A stretch of DNA of 64,000 bases from Haliotis cracherodii (taxonomy: Eukaryota), in NCBI RefSeq assembly GCF_022045235.1, contig NW_027266275.1, positions 34,410,001 to 34,474,000 of the forward strand, given 5' to 3'. The notes beneath the pieces were generated by a model. The model saw only the letters and a list, made by a program, of their open reading frames with translations, had not been told where the DNA came from and ran no database searches. The translations under genes and the position numbers were made by a program. Of this stretch, positions 25,442 to 37,830 are shown one piece after another (within the stretch, counting starts at the first letter, position 1; every line of letters begins with the position of its first letter).

Positions 25442-28400
25442 CTAGGATTTTGTCTTGGCCTTGCTCTTCTTGGGGGTGCCTTTCTTGCTGGCGGGCTTTG
25501 CCTGGAACACGAGAAAACATTCGGCATGCACCTTGGTTAAGACATGTCGGACAGATTGTTAAGATAAATTAAGTGAGTGAGTGAGTGAGTGAGTTGGGTT
25601 TAACGCCGCTTTTAACATTATTTCAGTTATATCACGGCGTGTTTAGATAAATTAAGATGTTCAGCACGTTTTCAATATAAATACATTTGTATTCAATCAG
25701 GTGTGGTTTGATAAAATGGAGATAAACTTGCAAATTGTTACTGAAATTCAAATCCACAAACAAACGTTGAAAGTGGAACTCGCCAGGTTTGGTTTGGTTT
25801 GTTTGTTGTTTAACGCCGCACTCAGCAATATTCCAGCTATATGACGGCGGTCTAAATAATCGAGTCTGGACCAGACAATCCAGTGATTGATATCATGAGC
25901 ATCGATCCACGCAATTGGGACCGATGACATACATTTACCAAGTCGGCGAGCCTGACCACCCGATCCCATTGGTCACCTTTTACGACAAGCATAGTCGCTA
26001 CATCACGGCATGTCAGCTTATTGTGGGAGGAAAGCCCGAAGTGATTGAGGTCTGAGTTTTACCATTTTGGTGAAACCCGCGAACATGGGTATGGTTCTGA
26101 CTTAGAAACATAATCAGGGCCAAAATCACTGGTTCCTGGAGTGTACACGGGACGCAACTTTGCTTTAGATATGGTTAAAAAAAATTTATCTTTCACCGAC
26201 ACTCAAAACCGATTCTCATGTGAGGTTTAGATTTCAAATAGAACGACATTATCCTTAAACGTTGAGTAGCATATGTATTCCCGCATTATATGCGCGTCTC
26301 CTTAAAAGCAAACTTGGCAACAACAAAAAGATCCGAAGCCTATTTTGCAACGTCGGGTGTTTCCCGAAACACTGGCCTAAGGGTGGCACCAGTATAGGAA
26401 GCCAGTTGGGCTAACAATCAACATATAGAAGTATGTAGGGCCCACCATTCAAATACACTGCAAGGCTACATAACTGATGTTACCGTTTGTATGTCAAGTT
26501 GGACTACACTTTTCATAGGGATGCTATTTATACTAAGGTAAGGACGTTAACCGACTGTAAAAGTCCAGTTTCCACCCTTGCCGAAATAGGCTGCATTTTC
26601 AGGGCTCGATCGTAGCTTCACAAGTGGCTATTACGAGTTATGTCCCTTCTACGTCCCTTCTATGTCCCCCATATGGACCAATCAGATTCCACCTATCATA
26701 TTTCTTGCATTTGCTTCAAACAAAATGGCAGCGTCAAATCAGGACAATCTGATCGATAATAATGATCTATATTGTAATAAGAGTCCGACTCAGCGAAGTG
26801 CATAAAAATTACTTGAGCACCTTGAATAAAAACATGAAAATATTTGTAAAATAGCTGACGATGCCCAGCTGACGTTAAATATGGTTTGCAAATCCTGCAA
26901 TCGACCGAAATCTGCACGGCAGCTTACGCATGTCGATTTCGTTACGCGATTTTGTGTTCATCTAGATTCGTTTGTCCAGCCAAAATTCCAGCTTAAAAAG
27001 TTCGAAACTGCACTTTTACAATCAGTTTACTCCCTTGCCTCGGGAAGATAAACGGTTGAACTTAAAATAGTTTTGTTTGTTGTTTAACGCCGCACTCAGC
27101 AATATTCAAGCTATATGACGGCGGTCTGTAAATCGAGTCTGGGCCAGACAATCCAGTGATTGATATAATGAGCATCGATCCACGTCAAGTGACCAAGTCA
27201 GCGAGCCTGACCACCCGATCCCGTTAGTCGCCTCTTACGACAAGCATAGTCACCTTTTACGGCAAGCATGGGTTGCTGAAGACCTATTCTACCCCGGAAT
27301 CTTCACGGGTCTGAGCTTAAAATGAGAGTTTGGTTCCACGCCGTTTTGTACAGTATTTCAGTTATATATCACAGCGAGACCGAAGCGATGCACGCCTTAG
27401 ACGTTTACCACTTCGGTGGGACGGATGTGGCGCTGACAAACCTAGAAACAATCAGGGTGACTCCGGGATTCAAACCGACTGTAGGTTTCTGCAACGTCAA
27501 ATGGAAGTACAGCAGACTTGTGGCACCTTAGACTGGGCCACCCGTTCCCACACTGACCACAGGCCGTTGTGTTGATTAAATTCGAGGTCAATTAATGAGT
27601 GCCAGAAATACACATCATATATATACTCACTGACAAAAGAAACGCAAACCATACAAACAGATGTACGTTAAGAAGATTACTTTCCAATGTGTACCACTTT
27701 ATGACAAAACTAACAATCAGTCAAGTAAAAGGTGACTGCTTGTCGTAAGAGGCGAGGGATCGTGTTGTCAGGCTCGCGGACGTGGTTGATGCATGTCATC
27801 GTATCCCAACTGTGTAGATCGATGCTCATGATATCAATTGTCTGGTCCAGATTCGATTATTTACAGATCGCCGTCATACAGCTGGAATATTGCCGAGTGC
27901 CGAGTTTCACAATGCAAAATAAATGTGGCTTCCTGGCAAACACTCAAGAAGTCAAATGAATGACAATCAATCGCTTGTCAAATAATATCGAACTTTTCCA
28001 GTCCTTTAGATTTGTCAAAAATGTAAAGCGTCTGTGTGGTTTTTGTGAGTAACTAAAAACATGCATGATAGAAAATAGATGAAATTACTACTGATGCATT
28101 ATGTAAAAACGATAATGGTAGCAATTTTCGGGTTTACACTAAGACCGTATGACTGATTCAGACAGTATACCGACTCTAAGACAAGACGACCAGTCCTTTT
28201 TTAGCCCCTTAATGCCGAGCGCCAGGCAGGGTTACAACAAGAACCACCTTTCAATGTCTATCGGTATGACGCGACCGGGGATCAAACCCCGGGCCTTCCG
28301 CTCTCCGGGCGGACGCTCTACCACTAGACCACGAGACCATCTCCTCTTGCGACAAACCTGGGTTGCTGAAGATCAATTCTTATCTTAGGTGTGATCCCGT

Positions 28401-29693
28401 TTGGTTTTCTCCGTGCCAATACTGACTTGTTGCAAACAAAAGATATTAATCCCTGGCTATAAAGCAGAAGCACTAAAAATTATTTATGTAGGGTAAAGTT
28501 GCCCTAACCCCAAAAAAATTTGAATCAGCGCTTACAGAGCGGATATCTTTCTATAGTTCGTAGACCGGCAAACTTGACTATTTGAAAGCATTACATCATT
28601 ACAAATCACAAGAGCGCCACTGAGTAGCTCTCAATTTGGAATCCAGTCACTTTTTGATTTTATTATTGTTAATAATTTGGTTTTACACTTACTGGTGTAA
28701 ATACGAAAACTGAAAGATACAAATCTGATACGTGTCTTTTATGTATACATAAGTGCAATGTAGCTAACCTTTTAATTACAGTTTAGATTAACAACTTTGT
28801 TGAATTTCGAGTTCACAAGACATTTCAATTGACATTCGTTTTGAAAACAGAAGAGATAAACAACTTAACCTGTGTTTTAATTGGGAATATCTTTGTCATT
28901 AAAAGAAATATACATTATTGGAACCACTTGGCCTTATTTAATAAAAATGTTTAACTTGGTCATCATGTCATGGATATTTATCGTACTGGTACTTACCGAT
29001 TTTCTTACAAATAATCAAGAGCTGATCAAGACCTACGGTAGTCACATGAAGTACTAAAGCCACATCACATACGACCTAACAACTCACTTTTTTCTTCTCA
29101 GTAGCTGTGACTTTGGACTTGGCTGTGGCAGATTTCGGTTTCTTTGGAGTCTTCATTTCAGCTTTTTTCGACCTGGGGGCTGTCGGCGTTGTTTCTACAC
29201 CTTTCCTGACCTCCTTCGACGACTTGGCACTTGCCTTTGCTTTTGCACTAGTTTTCTTTGCTTTTTCACTTTTCTCAGACTTTTCAGTTTTTGTTTTACG
29301 TTTCACGGGCGATGTTTTCTTTTTCTTCACGACGTTTTCCTTCTTTTCTTCGGCTTTCTTCAGTTTCTTTGCTTTCGCTTTCGCTTCCGCCGCGACTGTG
29401 ACTTTATCCAACTTAAACCGTCCTGTCAATCCTGTAGCATCTTCGGAAGCTTTCGGTCGCTTTAAAAGTTTAAGTTTGATTCCCTTCTCAAGCGCGCGTT
29501 TGATGTGGTGTCGCATTGAATTCTGGTCAACGGTAGGATACGTCGCGACGATGTAAGTCTTAATAGCCTGAACGGAAGCACCTTTTGAGTCCTTGTTGCT
29601 ACTGACTGCTTCAATGACCATCTCATACCATGATGGGTGTGTGGCGGGCGCTCTCCTAACGCCATTCTTTGACGGTCCTGCCGTGTCAGCCAT
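25442..29693 (-). CDS. H1-8: Oocyte/cleavage-type linker histone H1 (B4/H1foo/H1.8-like), 2 exons, ~221 aa
   Basis: Exon 1 is 29693-29088 (MADTAGPSK...HPSWYEMVIEAV...KGASVQAIKTYIVATYPTVD...KRPKASEDATGLTGRFKL plus a Lys-rich tail), ending at a phase-0 GTGAGT donor. Exon 2 is 25501-25442 after ttttctcgtgttccag (AKPASKKGTPKKSKAKTKS*). SVQAI, PTVD and RP...ATG.TGRFKL match recalled B4/H1oo globular-domain motifs. Confidence 0.88.
27069..27311 (-). mobile_element. Full-length family A SINE in the H1 intron
   Basis: TSD tgaacttaaaat/tgagcttaaaat; GACCCGTGAAGA head and (AAAC)n tail. Confidence 0.88.
28140..28335 (-). mobile_element. Meta-domain SINE, 5' part
   Basis: Reverse complement of the tRNA-like head and central domain of 54793-55138. 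Confidence 0.7.
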
Positions 29694-30547
29694 GTCTTTA
29701 TTTGCAAGAACACGTTCCAACACCAGCTACCGTGGGAAAACACACAGCAAATGGCGATGGGAATTTAAAGCAGACGGCGCGGACCTCGGAGGAAACAACT
29801 TGCACGTGAATTTCGTGCACGGACGTGTTCACTGCAAGCATTAGGGGTTGGAATGCCTCTGCGTGAACAAGCTCGTTGAACATGCGATGAAAACAGATTG
29901 TTTAAAACGTTCATAAAATATGCCCTTGATCTTAACAGTTTGCTTATACTGTAGTTTTAAAACCATCTATCGTACTGTCCCTTGCTGAAATGAAATGAAA
30001 CACAAGTTGTACCAGCTGAAATTTATTTACATATTGTATTGAACAAGATATGAGATATAGTGATCGTTTTTATTTTTCAAAGAAATGTTTCCAGCAAACT
30101 GTGACAAATCATAATACTCTTCAGTAAGTGAGCATATTGTGTTTTATACTGCATCAGGCAGCAATCCCTACATGCCACGGCGGATTGCAAATAATGGAGT
30201 CACAAACCAGTGACTGAAAGTATGAGCAACGGTCAACCCCTTTCAGATCCGTTGATCTAGCCTACTACTTAGTTGAGTCGGTCCAATCCACACCAATTCT
30301 GACCACTCGGTCCTCTGTAGACAAACATGGATACTGGGAACATATTCTCTCCCTGGAAGCAATATTGAAAGAAGGAGTTATTCTTACTGGACATGATGTC
30401 AATCAAAGGATTGTCTGGTCCAGACTTAATTATTTACAGACCGCCGTCATATAGCTGGAATATTGCTGAGTGCGTCGTTTAACAACAAACAAACAAACAA
30501 ATCTTACTCTTACTGGACACAAAGTCCTAAAATTGCTATTTAAGTAA

Positions 30548-30815
30548 GGGGATCGGGTGTCGAGACGTCTACGGCGCCTCAATTCGCTATGGAGAGTCGC
30601 GTCCCTTGTAGACACGCCAGAAATCTATTATCGGGTTCGAATCCCGGGTCGCCCCGATTATGTTTCTGGGTTTGTCGGCACCATACCCGTGCTCGTGGGT
30701 TTCACCAATGTGGTAAATGTCTTAGGCCTGCATCACTTAAGGCTTTCCTCCCACATTAAGCTGATACGCCGTGATATAACTGGAATACTGTTCAAAGCGG
30801 TGTGAAACACTCTCT
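30548..30815 (+). mobile_element. tRNA-Leu-like SINE ('family B'), diverged copy
   Basis: B-box GGTTCGAATCC; body matches 32565-32850. Confidence 0.75.
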
Positions 30816-31922
30816 CACATTGTTTAGTTGGCTAAACCGCCGCTACTACAAGGATAAGAAATGTGCGATGGAAATCTGATGTATATGTAACACCCTGATT
30901 ATGCAAATATTATGTTTGTTTCATAACATGGAAAATTATCTTTCATATTCTTTCTCGGTCACCAAAATCCGATGTTATGTAACCATAAAACAGGGGCGGT
31001 GGGGTAGTCTAGTAGTTAAAGCGTTCGCTCGCCACGCCAAAATCCCGGGTTCGATTCCCAACATGGCTACAATGTGTGAAGCCCATTGTATTTATACGCG
31101 GTTTCTACAGCTCCGTCATTGAATGAAAATACATCTTAAAAGCCACTATTTTAAGAAGTACATCATACGATAAAGAGATTATTACCGTATGTTTCCGAAT
31201 CGTAAAAACAATTTATTAGGAATAAAAAACATGTATTATGCTTGCCTGAAGTTCGCCTTATACAGCTTTTAATCCTGAAATATGATATTTACGGTAAGGA
31301 AACACGCTCGGCTAATAGTCTATATTTCTCTCACCTAAGACAAAAAATGATACACGGTTAAATGACGGTTGTACAGTAAAAACCTCTTTAACCCGGAAAA
31401 CCCCTCTCTCTGGACGATTTGCTTAGAACGCAACATTGTATCTAGATAAAGAGACATTACACTAAACCACGATTCCTTGATACGAAAACTTGAATTTCCG
31501 GACGGGATCACTGGAAACTGTACCGTCCGGTGTAACGAGGTTTCACTGTGACAGTGATTAACCCAATGACCCTGTAACACCCACCAACATGGCGACATAC
31601 ATGTCAGATAGCTATCTACGACCATAACTCAATCAGAATGGTCATAACTGGGTGGACAGGCAAGTCAAGATCAGCTAAGTACTGCTCTGAAGGCCTCATC
31701 CCCGTATTTGCTGGTATGTCAAGTCGATTTATATGTACTCCCGAGGGCGTTGATGCTTCACAGTGCAGAGGTACTGATACTTGAGAGTTATAAGTGCATC
31801 GATTGTGAAATAAATAGAATGTTTTACGTCGCCCAATTAAATATATTAAACTGCCGATCAAAAGAAAGTATACACAAATTGTATTTGACTAAATAATTAC
31901 AAACGTTAACAAAATGTAACTA

Positions 31923-32096
31923 CAGTAAACTACGTTTATAACGAACACGCTTATAACGAACTTACCGATATAACGAACTTATTTTTAGTCCCGGCAATTT
32001 GTTGCATATATGCTGTATATATGCTTATAACGAACTACGGTTATTAAGAACTAAAATTAGTGGTCCCTTTGAGTTCGTTATAACCGTAGTTTACTG
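31923..32096. mobile_element. Tc1/mariner-pogo-type MITE
   Basis: TA TSD; TIR cagtaaactacg.ttataacgaac/gttcgttataaccgtagtttactg; internal tataacgaac repeats. A decayed relative lies at ~31373-31548. Confidence 0.85.
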
Positions 32097-32434
32097 TAGA
32101 CTGAAAACAGTCGCTGAAACACTTCTAACTTAAGATCCAAATCAAGGCTTTGATATCAAATCAAAAACATCACCATTATTTATATTATATATTTAATTAT
32201 AATTCAACCTATAGGATACAAGATACAAGAATAATATTTAACGTTGGTTATTACATGTAACAATATAACATTCTCTCTAGAGATGTTATTCCAACAAAAC
32301 AGGTTAAGAGAAAAAAATAATAAAATATGATAAAATAAAATAAAATAAAAAATGATAAAATGAACATAGGAAGCTAAATTATATTTAAAGTAAAATAGTT
32401 AAAATGACATCACATGGGAGAATCATGTATCATA

Positions 32435-33200
32435 AAATATTTACATACAGAGCATTTGCATATGCCGCCTGACCAGTTCCTAAGAAGCCTCAAGAAATCT
32501 CTGCATGATTCAGCTTTTCGATAATCATTCGGCAGGGTACAACAGATTGGTCTCAAAAGTACATGGGGGCACGGGTGGCCCAGTCGTGTAAGGCGCCGCG
32601 ATTCGCTGTGCAGAGTTGCGTCCCTTGGTCACGCCAGAAACCTATGATTTGTGGGTTCGAATCCCTGTTCGCCCCAATTATGTTTCTAGGTTTGTCAGCA
32701 CCATACCCGTGCTCGTGGGTTTCACCGAAGTGGTAAACGTCTGAGACCTGCATCACTTCGGGCTTTCCTCCCACATTAAGCTGACACGCCGTGATATGAC
32801 TGGAATAATGTTAAAAGCGGCGTTAAACCCAACTAACTCACTCACTCACTCAAAAGTACATGGATTTACACTGTCCCCACTGTACGTTTCTGTCTGAGGG
32901 AATAGATCGGCTGATTTAAACACTTGAAATTGAGTATACGGAAGTGAGATGTTATTAACAATTGTGTAAACTTCCGTGCAAGTCCTCTAAACGATGTACA
33001 AGAAGATAGTTAGTGTCAGGTACAGATAAGAGGCTTGGGGGAGGACTGTTGTAGTCATCATTAACAAATCTAAGGGCTTGTTCCTGATTATGAATATCCA
33101 GTTGTGAAAGCTGAGTTGTGTAGTTCTGTAGTTTCTTTTGTTATGTAGGTTTTCAAAGAGGGGACAATAGCTGAAATGTGAGTGAATGAAATAGTTGTAG
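32435..33200 (-). mobile_element. Decayed 3' end of a CR1/L2-group LINE, interrupted by a SINE
   Basis: Minus strand reads TLPNDYRKAESCRDFLRLLRNWSGGICKCSVCK, the LP...W.G..CxCxxC C-terminus typical of invertebrate CR1/L2-type ORF2. Confidence 0.55.
32565..32850 (+). mobile_element. Full-length family B SINE (tRNA-Leu-like head)
   Basis: A-box TGGCCCAGTCG, B-box GGTTCGAATCC, (ACTC)n tail, TSD caaaagtacat. Confidence 0.9.
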
Positions 33201-33209
33201 ATAACTATT

Positions 33210-33355
33210 TTAGCCTTATGGTTACAGCGTTGGCTCGTCACGCCGAAGTCCCGGGGTTCGATTCCCCACATGGGTACAATGTGTAGAACCCATTTTCCGG
33301 TGATATTGCTTGAATATTGCTGAAAGGGGCGTAAAGCCCTACTCACTCACTCACT
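33210..33355 (+). mobile_element. tRNA-Asp-like SINE ('family C')
   Basis: ctcgtcacgccgaag..ggggttcgattcccc head and (ACTC)n tail. Confidence 0.75.
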
Positions 33356-33699
33356 TTATTTGTACTCTATAATTCTATCTCTATCTTTAAAAAGCGCTTT
33401 TACCAGTTTAAGTAGACATGAGCCCAGTCAAGAGATATCTTTGTCATGTCCACTCATATATATATATACCAAGCAAATAGTTTAGGACCAACCCTCGTTT
33501 ATTTTCATATATCGAGAATTCCCATTGTGTTTCGGAAATATGGCATTGATCTCCGGCAATGCATGTCTAAGAGACCATCGTTACCTGCTTGAGTGGTGGG
33601 CCGGAGGTGTTCAAGAAGTACCGAGTGAGTGAGTGAGGTGGGTGGGTGAGTGAGTGAGTGGTAGGGTGGGTGAGTGTGATTTTAGGCCGCTTTTAGGAT

Positions 33700-33733
33700 A
33701 GTAGTAGTAGCAGTAGTATTGGCAATGGTAGTG

Positions 33734-33783
<50 letters not shown>
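33700..33783. repeat. (GTA)n microsatellite
   Basis: Seen directly. Confidence 0.95.
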
Positions 33784-35787
33784 TGGTTGGTTGGTTGGTT
33801 TGTTGTTTAACGCCGCACTCAGCAATATTCCAGCTATATGACGGCGGTCTGTAAATAATCGAGTCTGGACCAGACTAATAGTGGTAGTTATTCAAAAACA
33901 TTAACTGTAAATAGATGTGATTCTCAGCAAGGGCCGGCTTATCTGGACATTTATATAGAGTGAAAAAAACATTTATCTGTTTTATAGACAGGTTCGGTTA
34001 TTTCAATAATTCGTAATCCTTCGCTCCGGCAATGTTGTTGATGTGTTTAGCCGCCTTCACAAAAGAATATGGCATGAAAACATCCATGAGCTTTATATCC
34101 ACAAAGAACTTGATCGCTGGCTTAACTTCAATATGATTAGATCATACCGTGCCCAATCGAGGCATGGTTGAAACGTGCAGTGTTTCCCCCATTCATATTT
34201 CAGACGCTGTGCTTGAATCCTATGAAATAAATGGTGTGGGGTGGTAAATTGCTTGCTTGGATATGTTTGTTCCACTGGATGGATCTTCTGGAAAGGCTAT
34301 ATATCGTTATCGATGTTGCTAAATAAATGTTAAGGACACCCGATTCTTCATATTATCATACATGTATTTAATCTGTCATGTAATATGAACGAATCGGGTG
34401 GTATGTAACTTTTTATATAGTATATATGAATATGTACTGATCAAGACAATTTAAGTCAACTTTAATTATTCATAAGCGTAGCTGCTATAACGAGGGCAAC
34501 AGTTCATGAGTTATTCATATATGGTATCTTTGAAATAGAGTTCTAGGAAACAGCTAATAGACAACGGAGGAACATTTATTAACCTAACAACTACCATGTT
34601 CGAGACAACGGAAGGTTAATAATAATATCAAGAACAATTATAATGATAATTATGATGAGGATGACGACGATCATCATCATCATCATCATCATAATAATAA
34701 TAATAATTCGTTCTTATAGATTCATATAACCAACAAATTAAACGGACGTACTTGGACGTACGTCGATTCAACATTGCTCTTCGACATTAATTTAAATACG
34801 CGACCCTCCTCCTTGAGAAACAACGACACATAGGCGCACTGAATATGTGGTGGTAAGTATAGCTTATTAAACCCAGCTGAAGTGAATTCAAATCTCTTTG
34901 TCTCCGTGTTTTCTGCAGTGGGATCGTGGTCCCCATCTGTTTTGCACTGCGTGTTGGGAGCGTGCGTGTCAGGCACATACGCCACGACTAAAGGCTTCGT
35001 CGAATGTAAGAACAAGATCCCTGTGTGTATTAGATTCAAATAAACCTTTGCAGCCTGCTTGTAAACTTACACTGTAGAGACGAGGATACGCCCAGAATTC
35101 AATCCTCTCTGCCTAATACCACATTACTACACTCGAGTGATCGGAAATAGGCCTCAGCGTTCGAGGTTACAATCGGCTCGACTCTCTAGATTCCTCACCC
35201 ACTGTTTGTTGTATTTGACGTATGAGCAGGTGCCCCCCCCGTTGAACCACCCTGTACTTGGCCTTACCCTTAACACGGATACCGCTTACTCCAGCTGTTG
35301 ATATATAGGAGGCGTAATCAAACACAAATTTCTCTGTCGAGGTTTGTGTTTGTGTTTGTGTGTGTGTAAATTAAAATCTTTTAAAGTTTTTACAAGGTTT
35401 TGATTTTCAACCGCGTCATTATGCCAGAGTGTCATTTAACTCTGCACAAATATAAATATCATTAAATTTTCATCGGTAATAATATTTTTGGTAGTTATGT
35501 TTAAATATATTTAATAAAATTAATAAAATTATGATGTGGTTACACTTATTTAAGCGCACGTAAAATGACAACATACCATTTAATTGACTCGTTGTGTTGA
35601 TAATCAAAATAGCTTTTTTGGTTTTTTTCAAATTGTACTTTGAGACTAAATGCTATTTACGTTTTTGTTGAGGCCCGACATATTTGCGACTCGCAAACTC
35701 TGCACGAATTAAACATGCGGAATTTGCCCAGAGACACAGTGACCACGACAGTGAACATCACACAAACCCTTACCACAGACCTAAATA

Positions 35788-36058
35788 TGTTGGTTGGTTG
35801 GTTTGTTGTTTAACACCGCACTCAGCAATATTCAAGCTATATGACGGCGGTCTGTAAATAATCGAGTCTGGACCAGACAATCCAGTGATTAATATCATGA
35901 GCATCGATCCACGCAATTGGGATCGATGACATGCATCAACCAAGTCAGCGAGCCTGACCACCCGACCCCGTTAGTCGCCTTTTACGACAAGCATAGTCAC
36001 CTTTTACAGCAAGCATGGGTTGCTGAAGACCTATTCTACCCCGGAATCTTTACGGGTC
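35788..36058 (-). mobile_element. Full-length family A SINE
   Basis: Matches 27069-27311 end to end. Confidence 0.88.
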
Positions 36059-36552
36059 GAATGTAGCCCGTACCCTTAATAATGTCATACAAAGTACTGA
36101 TCACTTTATATTAAACGGTTACTGGGTGAACAGAAAAGGGCAGCTTGTGTCTCCCTTCTGTAGACATATGGAGAGATATTATTAGTTCCGGAATGGGCCA
36201 AGCCTATCCGGGCCATATATTTATATACAAGTGTCACTTGTTAATCTGAGGTCGTTGCTCCGACAAGAACAACGTTCACGGGAGCGGTGGGGAGGCTATG
36301 TGCACATTCACATATCCCTCAACCTGAAACACGGAAACAGGAACATTGATCTGTGTATACAAGCGCCTCTCTCTCCAGGTCTTCTGCATTAGATCGCTAC
36401 AAACTTGACGATAGCGGGTTTGAATCCAGGTTCACCCCGATTATGTTTCTCGGGTTGAACAGCGCTAACCCGTACACGTGGGTTTCACCAAATCGGAAAA
36501 CATCTGAGATATGCATCACGCTGTGATATTACCGGAATGTAGCAGTATTCCG

Positions 36553-36554
<2 letters not shown>

Positions 36555-36628
<74 letters not shown>
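36555..36628. repeat. (CT)n microsatellite
   Basis: Seen directly. Confidence 0.97.
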
Positions 36629-36631
<3 letters not shown>

Positions 36632-37057
36632 CGATAACATAGGGGAAATGATTCCTAACTGCAGATGGTATTGTCCGATTATAATGTAACTAGATCGCCA
36701 CGCACACCATGACATAAACCACTTTGCTGTTTATTTAGGGTCCGGTTGCATGGAAAACAGGAACCCGACCTTAAGAAACAGCATCCTTGTGATGAAAGGT
36801 TTAGAACACGACTTAAACATCAGCTACCCAATGCTGGAGTACGTATCATAAGAGTGATCATGGTTTATTACGGATGTTGAGTGCAGATCCTGTAGCCATA
36901 GCTTTGCTACTTTGTATTTCCTGGACAGACATTACACAATGTAATATTGACGGTTAAAGACGCTATCCCTTTTCTATGAACTACCCATGGAGCGACTCTA
37001 TGAACAGTATCCATACAGTCCCACGTGACCGTTGTGTGAAGCAATTTTGATGCGCTG

Positions 37058-37124
37058 ATCATCATCATACCCATCACACCATACTCATTATCGTCATCAT
37101 CACCATCACCATCATTGTCATCAT

Positions 37125-37162
<38 letters not shown>

Positions 37163-37253
37163 CAGGTACTGCCATCAAAGTCACAATTAAAACACCATCT
37201 TCGTCACCATCACCATCATCATCATTGTCATCATAATCAACAACATCCCCAAC

Positions 37254-37288
<35 letters not shown>

Positions 37289-37665
37289 ACCCCCACCCCA
37301 CCCCCTTATCCCTGTACAAAAGTACATCATCATCATCACCATCCAAAATCCCCTTACACATCTTTAACATCACCGCCACTAAGATCAACAACATTGTCAT
37401 CCACATCGTCGTCACCACAACTACCACCATTAACTTTACAACTACTATCATCAATATCACAATTATAACAGACATCATTGTCATCACCAACATCATTATC
37501 GTTATTGTCATCACCGCAACCATCATCACCATCACAGGTACTGCCATCAAAGTTACAATTAAAACACCGTCTTCATCACCACCACCATCATCATACTGTA
37601 AATGTCTGAGATATTATCACTTCGAAATTCTGAAATACTGTTCAAAGTGACGTAAAACAAAACTC

Positions 37666-37698
<33 letters not shown>

Positions 37699-37830
37699 AG
37701 CCATCACCATAATAATCATCTCCACCACAACTACCGTAATCAACATCAACTCTTAAAACACCACCATCGTGCTCGGAACAATTGTCACCATTATCAATAA
37801 CATCCAATACAATTAAAGATCAACAACATA
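37058..37830. repeat. (CAT)n/(CAC)n-rich low-complexity region with internal duplication
   Basis: catcacaggtactgccatcaaagt.acaattaaaacacc occurs twice (~37158 and ~37530). Confidence 0.9.

Noticed and set aside
27215-27311. Canonical HDV-like or pistol ribozyme assignment for the family A head
   Set aside because: Partial similarities exist (UUGUCGU, CUAA, UAGAAUAG), but the required P1/P3/P4 or P2 pairings could not be placed; kept only as an unclassified structure.
29107-29556. 149-aa Phe-rich plus-strand ORF
   Set aside because: Antisense shadow of the Lys-rich H1 tail.
29760-29820. TTTAAA, GC element and CACGTG upstream of H1 as CDE/CHR or E-box
   Set aside because: Short motifs with imperfect spacing; not supportable without a mapped TSS.
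34080-35310. Possible minus-strand gene (TATATA at ~35303, GTAAGT at ~35070, 105-aa ORF)
   Set aside because: No coherent spliced ORF or recognisable domain could be assembled; a lncRNA cannot be excluded.
37074-37550. 158-aa Met/Asp-rich ORF
   Set aside because: Product of (CAT)n low-complexity DNA.
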